A stretch of 64,000 nucleotides of DNA from Candidatus Poribacteria bacterium (lineage in GTDB: Bacteria > Poribacteria > WGA-4E > PCPOR2b): the NCBI GenBank assembly GCA_965116925.1, contig OZ220744.1, positions 6,407,378 to 6,471,377 on the forward strand. The letters are read 5' to 3'. A program made the translations under genes and the position numbers. Under the pieces are notes generated by a model, which saw nothing but the letters and a program-made list of their open reading frames with translations, was not told the DNA's origin and ran no database searches. Positions 39,219-49,350 of the stretch are shown one piece after another; the first letter of the stretch is position 1, and every line of letters begins with the position of its first letter.

Positions 39219-39512
39219 ATGGCTACTTACATTGCGTTGGGACGTTATACGCAACAAGGCATACAGAATATCAGAGAAGGACCTGCGCGCACTAAAGCTG
39301 CCCAAAAAAACGCTCAGGCACTTGGCGCGGAATTTAAGGCATTTTATATCGTGATGGGTCAGTACGACTTTGTCACGATCATTGATGCACCGGACGATGA
39401 AACCGCAGCCAAGTTCGCGCTTACCACCGCTGCGGAGGGTAACGTCCGCATTGAGACCCTTCGCGCCTTCACGGAAGATGAATACGGGGAAATTGTTGCT
39501 TCTCTACCCTGA
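39219..39512 (+). CDS. GYD domain protein
   Basis: GQYD motif and ETLRAF; SD AGGAGG. Confidence 0.88.
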   Translation: MATYIALGRYTQQGIQNIREGPARTKAAQKNAQALGAEFKAFYIVMGQYDFVTIIDAPDDETAAKFALTTAAEGNVRIETLRAFTEDEYGEIVASLP

Positions 39513-39579
39513 GTTGTTTTTGGTGCACAACCCATATCATACAAAAAACACCTTAAAACAATTGTAATACACTCCTGCA

Positions 39580-39939
39580 CTAGCGGGTCAATGCTCCGAT
39601 ATCCTCAACAGTATGCGCCAAGTGGGTTGGAGTTGCACGTTGTAATTCTAAAATCGATCCATACCCATAAGTCACCGCAATTGAGTCAATCGCATTACCT
39701 TGAGCACCAATGATATCGTGTTCCCGATCTCCTACCATCACTGCGCCATTTTCTTTCGGTTTTCCCAGCGTCGATAATGCGTGTGCAATAATCTCGGTCT
39801 TTGAAACCCTTGTTCCGTCAAGGTGACTTCCAACAACGGTAGTGAAATATTGATAGAGGTTAAAGGAATTTAAGATCTGGTTGGCAAAAACGGTCGGTTT
39901 CGATGTTGCAACAATTAGCTGCTTCCGCTTATTTTTCAT
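39580..39939 (-). pseudogene. C-terminal half of a HAD-superfamily phosphatase
   Basis: Has motif II (ATSK), motif III (K) and motif IV (VGDREHD) but no N-terminal DxD motif or cap domain. Confidence 0.7.
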
Positions 39940-40864
39940 CCGACCGGTATAGCTCTTTCAGACGGCGTACGTACTCTCGATCTCGTTTTTCGACTGCCTC
40001 ATCGAACTTATTCGGGTCAACAAACCACGGCTTCCCTTCTGCCATACGCTCACTGATTTTCTCAGCGGCTTCGTCACGCGGTTGGGATCTGCTGCGCCGC
40101 CTAGTTCGTATATCTGCGGGCCATTTCCAGATACCCGCTAAATCGTAGTGGAGAAACGGACCTTCGTGAGGCATACGGAAACCGAAGGTAGCTTGGATGC
40201 CGAGTTCAATCTCTTCAGCCGTTGCCACCCCCTCTGCCCACAATCGACTCGCCTCGCGTCCCATTGCGCCCTGTATCCGGTTCAGCAGGTAGCCCGGCAA
40301 TTCTTTAAGCACCCGGATTGGGATCTTTTTGACCTTTTTCATCAAGTTATAGATGATGTTATATGTTTCGTCGGTCGTGCCGGGACCTTTAGCCACCTCA
40401 ACGCCGGGCACGATGTGCGGCGGTGCGAAGTAGTGCGTCAAACCGATCTTGTCTTGCCGCTTGACATCTGCGCCGATATCACTCATGACAAATCCGGAGG
40501 TGTTGCTGACAATGATGGTGTGGGGTGGGCACAGTTGATCCAATGTATTAAAGAGAACCTGCTTGTCTTTCAACCGTTCGACAATGACTTCGGTGATGAA
40601 ATCACTTTGTACTGCCAAGTCCTCCAAATCGGTGGTGGTTGTGATCCGGCTAATGGTGTCATCGGCTTGGGCTTGGGTTATCAGCTCCTCCTCGACAAAT
40701 AGATCCATAGCAGCCTTGATGTTTCTCATAGACTGCTGCAGGAGTGCATCGCTGAGGTCCCTGATAACCGTGGGATATCCACCGAGCGCAAAGTTTATGG
40801 CGATGCCGAACCCCATGGTCCCACCTCCGACAACCCCTACCTTTTTAACGTCCGCTAACTCCAT
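39929..40864 (-). CDS. 3-hydroxyacyl-CoA dehydrogenase family protein
   Basis: GGGTMG, E...E...K, SNTS, THYF.PPH and PGYLLNR motifs. Confidence 0.92.
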   Translation of the reverse strand: MELADVKKVGVVGGGTMGFGIAINFALGGYPTVIRDLSDALLQQSMRNIKAAMDLFVEEELITQAQADDTISRITTTTDLEDLAVQSDFITEVIVERLKDKQVLFNTLDQLCPPHTIIVSNTSGFVMSDIGADVKRQDKIGLTHYFAPPHIVPGVEVAKGPGTTDETYNIIYNLMKKVKKIPIRVLKELPGYLLNRIQGAMGREASRLWAEGVATAEEIELGIQATFGFRMPHEGPFLHYDLAGIWKWPADIRTRRRSRSQPRDEAAEKISERMAEGKPWFVDPNKFDEAVEKRDREYVRRLKELYRSDEK

Positions 40865-40919
40865 ATTCGCCTCCCGTATTTGCTAGTGCTTGTCATAGTC
40901 TCCATCATTGGACGAACCG

Positions 40920-41717
40920 TTAGAGGGGATCTACAATTTTCCGAAGCCCTTCACCAAGCTGAACTAGGCTACTTTGGTATATAAATCGATCCCACCCCAT
41001 GCAGAAGTGGCGGACACCTAGATCAATATACCGTTTTGCTTCTTCAGGTAGGCTAATTTCGATCCGTGGGGCAACATCATATTCTATTGACTTCTTGATG
41101 ACAAGTTCTTCAAATGGTTGTATCTCCGGTGTGTTCATTAGGTTCGGTTCACCTCTGGAGAAACCAAAATCTGCGGGGCCCCATTGGGTCATATCAACCC
41201 CTTTTTCTTTTGCGACAGTTAGAACCTCGTCGATATTCTCAACTGCTATGTTTTTCTCAATCATAATCAAAAACACAATCGAATTCAGATCTTCAATATA
41301 GCCGTCTGCGCTATAGCCACCTAATGCTGAACGGCGGATCTTGACTCCCATGTGTCCACCGACAGCCGGGAGGTCCGGTCTTATCGCCTGATGGCATCGG
41401 TCAACATCCTCTACAGTACGCACATCCGTAAAAAGCACTGCCTTAAAACCCGCGCCGATCGAAGCTTGCGCCCAAAAACTCTCACTTTTCTGGTCTAGCT
41501 TTGTCATCAGCGGTAGGTTGCCACACTGGCCCGAACGTGCCATGTGGTAGAGTAGTTGCATATCAAAAGTGCTATACTCGGCACAGAACTCGCCGTAGTC
41601 AAACAGACCGGTGTCTCCAATGATTTCTGGAAGATCCGGGTCGCTAGAGAGATAGTGTGTGCCGATGGTTGGTTTCCCTTGATTGAGTTTCTCACGAAAC
41701 GTATTAGCCATTACCAT
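40920..41717 (-). CDS. HpcH/HpaI aldolase family protein
   Basis: IMIEK and WGPADF metal-binding motifs; start behind GGAGGAGG. Confidence 0.8.
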   Translation of the reverse strand: MVMANTFREKLNQGKPTIGTHYLSSDPDLPEIIGDTGLFDYGEFCAEYSTFDMQLLYHMARSGQCGNLPLMTKLDQKSESFWAQASIGAGFKAVLFTDVRTVEDVDRCHQAIRPDLPAVGGHMGVKIRRSALGGYSADGYIEDLNSIVFLIMIEKNIAVENIDEVLTVAKEKGVDMTQWGPADFGFSRGEPNLMNTPEIQPFEELVIKKSIEYDVAPRIEISLPEEAKRYIDLGVRHFCMGWDRFIYQSSLVQLGEGLRKIVDPL

Positions 41718-41837
41718 ATAACCAATTCCTCCTCCCCGATAAATCGGGATTTTCAACTTGTGATTCTACTGACAGTTTAATCCTTGCGAAGGTATTAGAC
41801 CTCCGCAAGGATGAAATTCTATGTAAGCTGGTGATAA

Positions 41838-42545
41838 CTAGAGAAACATCGTGATGCCCATATTAATATATCTATCGCGATCGTTTGGGTCAATACCCCG
41901 GAGGCAGACCGCAACACCGGTGCCCTGCAGCTGCTCTGCCACATGCTGCGCACAGTCATCAAGGGTTTTGAGCGAGTGGTGCGGATAGCTTTCTAGGCTG
42001 AAGCTCAAGTCTGCTGGTCCAAAAGAAAGGCAATCAATCCCCGGCTTAGCGAGTTTTCTCGCATTGGTGACCGCATCCACCGATTCTATCTGCATCCAGA
42101 GAACACCGTTTTCGTCCCACCATTGTGCATACTCAAGGCGTCCGCTGTGTTCCGGCGCGACCTTCCGAGAGGGACCACCCCAACTGCGCTTGCCAGTTTG
42201 TGGATAGTAAAAGAAATTAATGGCTTCATCAACCGTCGATTCAAGTTCCACCTGCGGCACCTCAATGCCTGTCGGTCCCAAATCTAGGTAGTTGCCGATA
42301 AGGTAGGCATTGCGGGTGTGCTTAATCCGGAATTGAACAGGCATATCAAATTCGTCTGCAACCTCGCAAAAAGTTTTCAGTCGTTCTTCATTAAATGCGG
42401 AGTGCTGACTGTCGGTATTGATGAAATCGAAATCTGCCCCGTCAAGAATCGCTCTGAGGTCATCCGGATCCGATGCGACAGGGGCGCCCCGCCCGATAAG
42501 TACCTCTCCATCACGTATACGTTGTTTCAAACTCTTTTCTGCCAT
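41838..42545 (-). CDS. HpcH/HpaI aldolase family protein
   Basis: LDLGP.GI.VP, P.TGKRSWG, QIES and FGPADL motifs. Confidence 0.82.
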   Translation of the reverse strand: MAEKSLKQRIRDGEVLIGRGAPVASDPDDLRAILDGADFDFINTDSQHSAFNEERLKTFCEVADEFDMPVQFRIKHTRNAYLIGNYLDLGPTGIEVPQVELESTVDEAINFFYYPQTGKRSWGGPSRKVAPEHSGRLEYAQWWDENGVLWMQIESVDAVTNARKLAKPGIDCLSFGPADLSFSLESYPHHSLKTLDDCAQHVAEQLQGTGVAVCLRGIDPNDRDRYINMGITMFL

Positions 42546-42763
42546 CTGATACTTCCTTTCTGACCTGATTTTGTTAGATGAGAACTTCCAATCTAATATT
42601 CACAATGTTGTAATACTCATCGTAGATGAACAACATAGGGACTTTCACCGCTAGATTTGGAAAGTCTTCGTAAGTCATTGTACCCGTTTTTCGCTTTCCG
42701 ATCAACAAAAATCAGAGATCATTTGCCTGCAATTGTTCAAAAGTTGGGAGCTAATCGGGGTCA

Positions 42764-42793
42764 TTGACACTCAATTTGGAGTTGTGATATACT
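42764..42793 (+). promoter_or_regulatory. Sigma70-type promoter
   Basis: TTGACA-18 nt-TATACT with extended TGn. Confidence 0.55.
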
Positions 42794-42931
42794 AGCTCAA
42801 ACAGTCATGAGAAGCGCATACTACTTGTCGATGGGATCGACAGATACGAAAATCGGAGACATATTCCATAAAAAAACTACTTTGGATATTCTTTATAATC
42901 GGCGTTGCGGTATTCGTCTTAGGAGGGAAGC

Positions 42932-43777
42932 ATGTCAACAGAGGCAGCGTTACACCAGTTGAAAATGAATGGCTATTGTGTCCTTGAGGGGATCATCCCG
43001 GATGACAAAATTGATGAAGTCCGAGAGGGTGTGGTAGCAGCGCAAGCGGCGCACCACAAAAAGGCAGAAGCGGAACTCGCAAAGACACGAGCGCGGGGAC
43101 ACCGTGTGGGTGTTCAGGGGGTTGCGAATCTGAGAGGGGTCATCAACGAAACCCAGACCTTCGCTCCGTACTTGGCAGATGCGCGAATTATGGCGATCAC
43201 CGATGCGTTGTTCGGATCGTATGTGCGGATTTCTTGCACCGATTGTGTGATTAACTATCCGGGAAATGAGCGAGGCTACTGGCATTCGGATTGGCCCTAC
43301 AATCAAACCAACGCAACGCACATCCCCGCTCCATATCCGGACACAATCATGCACCTCTCAACGATTTGGATGCTAACTCCATTTGGACCCGAAACGGGCG
43401 GCACCTACATCATTCCCGGAAGCCATAGAACCGACGAAAATCCTTCCGCAGCAGGGATAGCCGGAATCGATCCCGATGCTCCATATCCTACTGAAACACA
43501 GGTTTCGGGTCCCGCGGGTAGCGTACTACTCTACGACAGCCGACTTTGGCACGCAGTGCCGCCGAACCGTAGTGACAAACCCCGCGTTGCGATTATTGTC
43601 CGCTATGCGCCATGGTGGCTTAATCTGAATCCTACACAGGCTGGAAATCCAGAACACACCCAAATAGTAATCGAGACGGATGGAAAAAATTACGATTCTC
43701 CTCTCATACGATCAGATGTCTACGAGTCACTGCCTGAAAATGTGAAACCGTTATACCGGCATTGGGTAGAAACATAG
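42932..43777 (+). CDS. PhyH family dioxygenase
   Basis: WHSD, GGT..IPGSH and LWHA..PN.S..R motifs. Confidence 0.9.
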   Translation: MSTEAALHQLKMNGYCVLEGIIPDDKIDEVREGVVAAQAAHHKKAEAELAKTRARGHRVGVQGVANLRGVINETQTFAPYLADARIMAITDALFGSYVRISCTDCVINYPGNERGYWHSDWPYNQTNATHIPAPYPDTIMHLSTIWMLTPFGPETGGTYIIPGSHRTDENPSAAGIAGIDPDAPYPTETQVSGPAGSVLLYDSRLWHAVPPNRSDKPRVAIIVRYAPWWLNLNPTQAGNPEHTQIVIETDGKNYDSPLIRSDVYESLPENVKPLYRHWVET

Positions 43778-43906
43778 ACTATCCAAGCCGAACGCCATTA
43801 ATAAACCAGGCTATCCCTTTAGTTGTAAGGGGGTTGCCAACATCAGCAGACCTCTGTCAACCCCAAAGGATAAGAAACTGATTTGAGCACAGAGGAGGTA
43901 GGACAG

Positions 43907-44902
43907 ATGCAACGGAGATACAATCTCACACATTTCATTTTAGCTGGCGTTGTTGTCTTGAATCTAACGCCGCTGATGGTAAGCATTAACGCACGGGCAC
44001 AGATTGCTTTCTCGTCTGATAGGGATGGGGACAGCGAAATCTACGTGATGGGCGTTGATGGGAAGAAGCTCCGGAAACTTACTGACAATCGTTTTGCTGA
44101 CAGTTATCCCTCATGGTCTCCCGACGGCAAACGCATTGCCTTCTCGTCTGATAGGGTTGGTAGCTTTGGCGGCAAGAACTGGGAAATCTATGTGATGGAC
44201 GCCAATGGAGGGAATCCGCGAAACCTGACCGCCAATCCTGCGAAGGATTGGATGCCCTCATGGTCGCCAGACGGTAAACACATTGTTTTTGCGTCCGGCC
44301 GAGATCATAAGCACTGGGAAATCTATGTGATGGAAGTCAATGGGAAGAATCCGCAAAGACTCACCAATAATCTCTGGTTTGATATAGATCCTTCATGGTC
44401 TCCTGACGGTAAACGCATTGTCTTCTCGTCTTATAGGGATAGGGATGAGGACTATGAAATCTACGTGATGAACGCCGATGGGGGTAATCCGCGAAATCTC
44501 ACCAAAAATCCCGCGTTTGACTGGATGCCCTCATGGTCCCCGGGCGGTGAACGGATTGCCTTTGTGTCTGATAGGGATGGGAACTTTGAAATCTACGTGA
44601 TGGACGCCGATGGGGGTAATCCGCGAAGACTCACCAAAAATCCCGCGCATGACTATTCACCTTCGTGGTCACCGGGCAGTGAACGCATCGTCTTCTCGTC
44701 TAATAGGGATGGGCACGTTGTGCATGGTATGCCTACTTTTGAAATCTACGTGATGAACACCGATGGCGCGCGGCATACGCTAAACCTAACCAAAAATCGC
44801 CGTCACGACACTGCTCCTACGTGGTATAGTTCTACTTTCGCAGTTGCTCCCGCAGATAAGACACTCACGATGTGGGGGTGGCTCAAACAGGTTGTCCGAT
44901 AA
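43907..44902 (+). CDS. Secreted TolB-like PD40 beta-propeller protein, copy 1
   Basis: Signal-peptide-like N-terminus ([11 protein letters not shown]), six EIYVM..PSWSPDG-type repeats, tail [17 protein letters not shown]. Confidence 0.88.
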   Translation: MQRRYNLTHFILAGVVVLNLTPLMVSINARAQIAFSSDRDGDSEIYVMGVDGKKLRKLTDNRFADSYPSWSPDGKRIAFSSDRVGSFGGKNWEIYVMDANGGNPRNLTANPAKDWMPSWSPDGKHIVFASGRDHKHWEIYVMEVNGKNPQRLTNNLWFDIDPSWSPDGKRIVFSSYRDRDEDYEIYVMNADGGNPRNLTKNPAFDWMPSWSPGGERIAFVSDRDGNFEIYVMDADGGNPRRLTKNPAHDYSPSWSPGSERIVFSSNRDGHVVHGMPTFEIYVMNTDGARHTLNLTKNRRHDTAPTWYSSTFAVAPADKTLTMWGWLKQVVR

Positions 44903-45100
44903 CTACCATTATCAACAAAACAGTATTCTCTGAGATGCGGGACGTACGGGGTTGGGGCATAAATGCCAAGGAAAGGGCGAAGAATTGATGCGATAATAAT
45001 CCGGGTTGCTTCTTCAATTGGAAGGGTTTGCCAACACAAGCTGGCTTCCATCAACCCCAAAGAATAAGAGATTGATTTGAGAACAGAGAGGGAAAAACAG

Positions 45101-46045
45101 ATGCAACGGAGATACAATCTTGTACATTTGATCTTGGCTATCGTAGTAGCCTTGGTGCTGACGCCGCTGATGGTATGCGCTGCCCCACCGGCACAGATTG
45201 CGTTTGTGTCTGAGCGGGATGGGCTCCGGCAAATCTACGTGATGGATGCCGATGGGGGTAATCAGCGAAACCTTACCAATAATCCCCTTCATAACTGGGA
45301 TCCCGCATGGTCCCCGAACGGTAAACGTATCGCCTTTACCTCTCGTAGGGCTGGGGACTTGGAAATCTATGTGATGGATGCCGATGGGAGTGATCAGCGA
45401 AACCTCACCAACGAGCGCGCGTTTGACTTTTTACCCTCATGGTCACCGGATAGTGAGCGTATTGCCTTTGTTTCTATGAGGGGTGGAATGAACCGGGAAA
45501 TCTACGTGATGGGTGCCAATGGGGGGAATCCGCGAAGACTCACTCACAATGACTTTGATGATTGGAATCCCTCATGGTCACTGGACGGTAAACACATTGC
45601 TTTTACTTCTAGTAGGGATGGGAATCAAGAAATCTACGTGATGGATGCCGATGGGGGTAATCAGCGGAACCTTACCAATAATCCCCGTCATGACAACGAA
45701 CCCTCATGGTCACCGGACGGTAAACATATCGCCTTTGCTAGAGAGGGGAAAAACCGTGAAATCTACGTGATGGACGTTGATGGGAGTAATCAGCGAAATC
45801 TTACCAATAATCCCCGCAGGGGCTCGCATCCCTCATGGTCACCGGACGGCAAACGTATTGCCTTTGTGTCTAATAGGGACGGGAACCGTGAAATCTACGT
45901 GATGGATGCCGATGGAGATAATCCGCAAAGACTCACCAATATGCCCCGTAATGACATTGATCCTACATGGTTTGACCCTGCTCTTGCAGTTGCTCCTGCG
46001 GGTAAGGTACTCACGATATGGGGTTGGATCAAACAGGACGACTAA
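45101..46045 (+). CDS. Secreted TolB-like PD40 beta-propeller protein, copy 2
   Basis: Same architecture; tail AVAPAGKVLTIWGWIKQ. Confidence 0.88.
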   Translation: MQRRYNLVHLILAIVVALVLTPLMVCAAPPAQIAFVSERDGLRQIYVMDADGGNQRNLTNNPLHNWDPAWSPNGKRIAFTSRRAGDLEIYVMDADGSDQRNLTNERAFDFLPSWSPDSERIAFVSMRGGMNREIYVMGANGGNPRRLTHNDFDDWNPSWSLDGKHIAFTSSRDGNQEIYVMDADGGNQRNLTNNPRHDNEPSWSPDGKHIAFAREGKNREIYVMDVDGSNQRNLTNNPRRGSHPSWSPDGKRIAFVSNRDGNREIYVMDADGDNPQRLTNMPRNDIDPTWFDPALAVAPAGKVLTIWGWIKQDD

Positions 46046-46238
46046 TAGCTACCATTATTCAGAAAACAGTGTTTGCTGAGATGTGGGAACGGGGGTTAAA
46101 CGTCAGGGAAGAGGCGAAGGCTTCAGGCGATAGTAATCCGAGTTGCCCCTTTAGTTGAAAACGAGTTTTCAACACCGGTTGACCTCCACACCACCCAAAG
46201 GATAAACAACCGATTTGAGAACAGAGAAGGCATAGCAG

Positions 46239-47186
46239 ATGCGACAGAAATACAATCTAACATATTTGATTTTAGCGAGTGCTGTAGTATTGATTCTAAC
46301 GCTGATGCTGGTAGGCGGCGACGCACAGGCACGCATTGCCTTCGTGTCTGAGAGGGATGGGAACGTTGAAGTCTACGTGATGAACGTTGATGGCAAGAAT
46401 CTGCGAAGACTTACTAACAATCCCGCTGATGAATGGGATCCCTCATGGGCTCCGGGCGGTAAAGGCATTGTCTTTAGTTCCAAACGGGATAGGAACAGTG
46501 AAATCTACGTGATGGACGCCGATGGGGCTAATCCGCGAAGACTCACCATTGATCGCCGTAACGACTGGCATCCGTCATGGTCTCCTGACGGTGAACGAAT
46601 CGCCTTCGCTTCTGATAGGGAGGGGAACTTTGAAATCTACGTGATAAACGTTGACGGGAAGAATCAACAAAGACTCACCAATACTATCCGTAGTGAATGG
46701 CATCCGTCATGGTCTCGCGACGGTAAGCGCATTGTTTTTGCTTCTGAGAGGGATGGAAACTTTGAAATCTACATGATGGACGCCGATGGGGGTAACCAAC
46801 AAAGACTCACCAATAATCCCCGTAGTGATTGGCATCCGTCATGGTCTCCTGACGGTAAACGTATTGCTTTTGCTTCTGAGATGGAAGGGGACTTTGAAAT
46901 CTACATAATGGATGCCGATGGGGGTAACCAACAAAGACTCACCAATGATCCCGGTAGCGACTGGCATCCGTCATGGTCTCCTGACGGTGAACGGATTGCC
47001 TTCGCTTCTGATAGGGATAGGGACTTTGAAATCTACGTGATGGACACCGATGGGGGGAATCAACAAAAAATCACCAATAATGTCCATGATGACACGGATC
47101 CTGCGTGGTTTGACCCGACTTTTGCAGTTGCTCCTTCGGGTAAGATACTCATGATGTGGGGGTGGCTCAAACAGGCTGACCGATAA
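46239..47186 (+). CDS. Secreted TolB-like PD40 beta-propeller protein, copy 3
   Basis: Same architecture; tail AVAPSGKILMMWGWLKQ. Confidence 0.88.
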   Translation: MRQKYNLTYLILASAVVLILTLMLVGGDAQARIAFVSERDGNVEVYVMNVDGKNLRRLTNNPADEWDPSWAPGGKGIVFSSKRDRNSEIYVMDADGANPRRLTIDRRNDWHPSWSPDGERIAFASDREGNFEIYVINVDGKNQQRLTNTIRSEWHPSWSRDGKRIVFASERDGNFEIYMMDADGGNQQRLTNNPRSDWHPSWSPDGKRIAFASEMEGDFEIYIMDADGGNQQRLTNDPGSDWHPSWSPDGERIAFASDRDRDFEIYVMDTDGGNQQKITNNVHDDTDPAWFDPTFAVAPSGKILMMWGWLKQADR

Positions 47187-47373
47187 CTGGCATTATTGAG
47201 AAAACAGTGTTTGCTGAGAGAGGATTGGGCATAAACGTCAAGGAAACCGCGAAACCTTCATGTGATAATAATCTGAGTTGCCCCTTTAATTGGAAAGGGG
47301 TTTCCTACACAAGATGACCGCCATCAACTCCAAAAGATAAACAACTGATTTGAGAACAGAGGAGACATAGTAG

Positions 47374-48330
47374 ATGTACCGGAGATATAATCGCGCACAT
47401 TTCCTTTTAGCTAGTATTGTAGTCTTGGTGCTGACATCGCTAATGGTGGACATTGGCGCACAAGCACAGATTGCCTTTGTGTCTGATAGGAATAGGAACC
47501 AGGAAATCTACGTGATGGATGCCGATGGGGGGAATCAGCGAAGACTTACTAGAAATGACTTTGATGATTGGAGTCCGTCATGGTCTCCGGACGGTGCCCG
47601 TATTGCCTTTGTGTCCAATAGAAAGGAGGATAAGAACAGCCAAATCTACATGATGGACGCCGATGGAGGTCATCAGCGAAAACTCACTAATAATCCGCGG
47701 GGTGCCTCGTGGCCCTCATGGTCTCCGGATGGCAAACGCATTGTCTTTGCTGCCACTAGGGCTGGAAAATTCTTGAACATCCACGTGATCGATGTCGATG
47801 GAGGTAATCAGCGAAAACTTACTAATGCTCCCGAGATTGACTGGGAACCCTCATGGTCTCCGGATGGTAAACAGATTGCCTTTTCGTCTAATAGGGATGG
47901 AAACTCAGAAATCTACATGATGGACGCCGATGGAGGTGATCTGCGAAGACTTACCAATAATCCTCGTAATGACTTTTCACCCGCATGGTCTCCGGATAGC
48001 AAACGCATTGCCTTCATGTCTGAGAGGGATGGGAACAGGGAAATCTACGTGATGGATGCCGGTGGAGGTGATCCGCGCAGACTCACCAATAATCTCTTTC
48101 TTGATAGGAAACCCTCGTGGTCTCCGGACGGCAAACGCATTGCCTTCATGTCTGAGAGGGATGGGAACTATGAAATCTACGTGATGGATGCCGATGGGAA
48201 GAATACGCGAAACCTCACCAATACTCGCCATGATGACATTGATCCTGCATGGTATGCCCCTGCTTTTTCGGTTTCTCTCGCAGGTAAGACCCTCACGATG
48301 TGGGGGTGGCTCAAACAGGTTGACCGATAG
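47374..48330 (+). CDS. Secreted TolB-like PD40 beta-propeller protein, copy 4
   Basis: Same architecture; tail [17 protein letters not shown]. Confidence 0.88.
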   Translation: MYRRYNRAHFLLASIVVLVLTSLMVDIGAQAQIAFVSDRNRNQEIYVMDADGGNQRRLTRNDFDDWSPSWSPDGARIAFVSNRKEDKNSQIYMMDADGGHQRKLTNNPRGASWPSWSPDGKRIVFAATRAGKFLNIHVIDVDGGNQRKLTNAPEIDWEPSWSPDGKQIAFSSNRDGNSEIYMMDADGGDLRRLTNNPRNDFSPAWSPDSKRIAFMSERDGNREIYVMDAGGGDPRRLTNNLFLDRKPSWSPDGKRIAFMSERDGNYEIYVMDADGKNTRNLTNTRHDDIDPAWYAPAFSVSLAGKTLTMWGWLKQVDR

Positions 48331-48362
48331 TTGCTATTTTGATAGCAGAGGAGGAAGGACAG

Positions 48363-49310
48363 ATGCAGCGGAGATACAATCTAGCACATTTCATTTTAGC
48401 TAACATAGTAGCCTTGGGTCTATCGCTGTTAATAGTAGAAGTTGAAGTGCAGGCACGGATTGCTTTCGTGTCTCAGAGGGATGGGAATCCTGAAATTTAC
48501 ATGATGACCGCCGATGGGAAGAATCAACGACGCCTCACTAAAAATCACCATGGTGACTCCTCGCCCTCATGGTCTCCCGACGGTAAGCGCATTGCTTTCG
48601 AGTCTCAGAGGGATGGAAACGGAGAAATCTACGTGATGGACGCCGATGGGAAGAATCAACGACGCCTCACTAAAAATCACCATGGTGACTCCTCGCCCTC
48701 ATGGTCTCCCGACGGTAAGCGCATTGCTTTCGAGTCTCAGAGGGATGGAAACGGAGAAATCTACGTGATGGACGCCGATGGGAAGAATCAACAAAGACTC
48801 ACTGAAAATCCCAGTGCAGACTGGCATCCCTCATGGTCTCCCGATGGTGAACGCATTGCCTTCGCGTCTCAGAGGGCTGGAAACTCAGAAATCTACATGA
48901 TGGACGTTGATGGGAAAAATCAACAAAGACTCACTGCAACTCTCCAGGCGGACTGGTATCCCTCATGGTCACCGGACGGTGAACGCATTGCCTTCTCGTC
49001 TCAGGGGGCTGGAAACGCAGAAATCTACGTGATGGATGCCGATGGGCAGAACCGACGAAGACTCACTGAAAATCGCCGGAATGACTGGTATCCGTCATGG
49101 TCTCCCGACGGTGAACGCATTGCTTTCGCGTCTCAGAGGCCTGGAAACGTAGAAATCTACGCGATGGACGCCGATGGGAAGAATCGACGAAGACTCACCA
49201 ATAATCGCCACGATGACACTCATCCTGCATGGTTTAATCCTACTTTTGCAGTTGCTCCGGCAGGCAAAAAACTCACGATGTGGGGTTGGCTCAAACAGGT
49301 TGACCGATAG
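48363..49310 (+). CDS. Secreted TolB-like PD40 beta-propeller protein, copy 5
   Basis: Same architecture; tail [17 protein letters not shown]; exact 132-bp internal duplication. Confidence 0.88.
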   Translation: MQRRYNLAHFILANIVALGLSLLIVEVEVQARIAFVSQRDGNPEIYMMTADGKNQRRLTKNHHGDSSPSWSPDGKRIAFESQRDGNGEIYVMDADGKNQRRLTKNHHGDSSPSWSPDGKRIAFESQRDGNGEIYVMDADGKNQQRLTENPSADWHPSWSPDGERIAFASQRAGNSEIYMMDVDGKNQQRLTATLQADWYPSWSPDGERIAFSSQGAGNAEIYVMDADGQNRRRLTENRRNDWYPSWSPDGERIAFASQRPGNVEIYAMDADGKNRRRLTNNRHDDTHPAWFNPTFAVAPAGKKLTMWGWLKQVDR

Positions 49311-49350
49311 CTACTATTATCGACAAAACAGCGTTTACCACTTCCCTTTA

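Noticed and set aside
43883..49310. Propeller array as a CRISPR array or a diversity-generating retroelement target
   Set aside because: The repeats are in-frame coding blades of ~132 bp with no repeat-spacer structure; there is no cas or reverse transcriptase gene in the window and I saw no adenine-specific template/variable pair
43883..49310. Calling these genes tolB
   Set aside because: They lack the TolB N-terminal domain and tolQRA/pal context; only the PD40 repeats are shared
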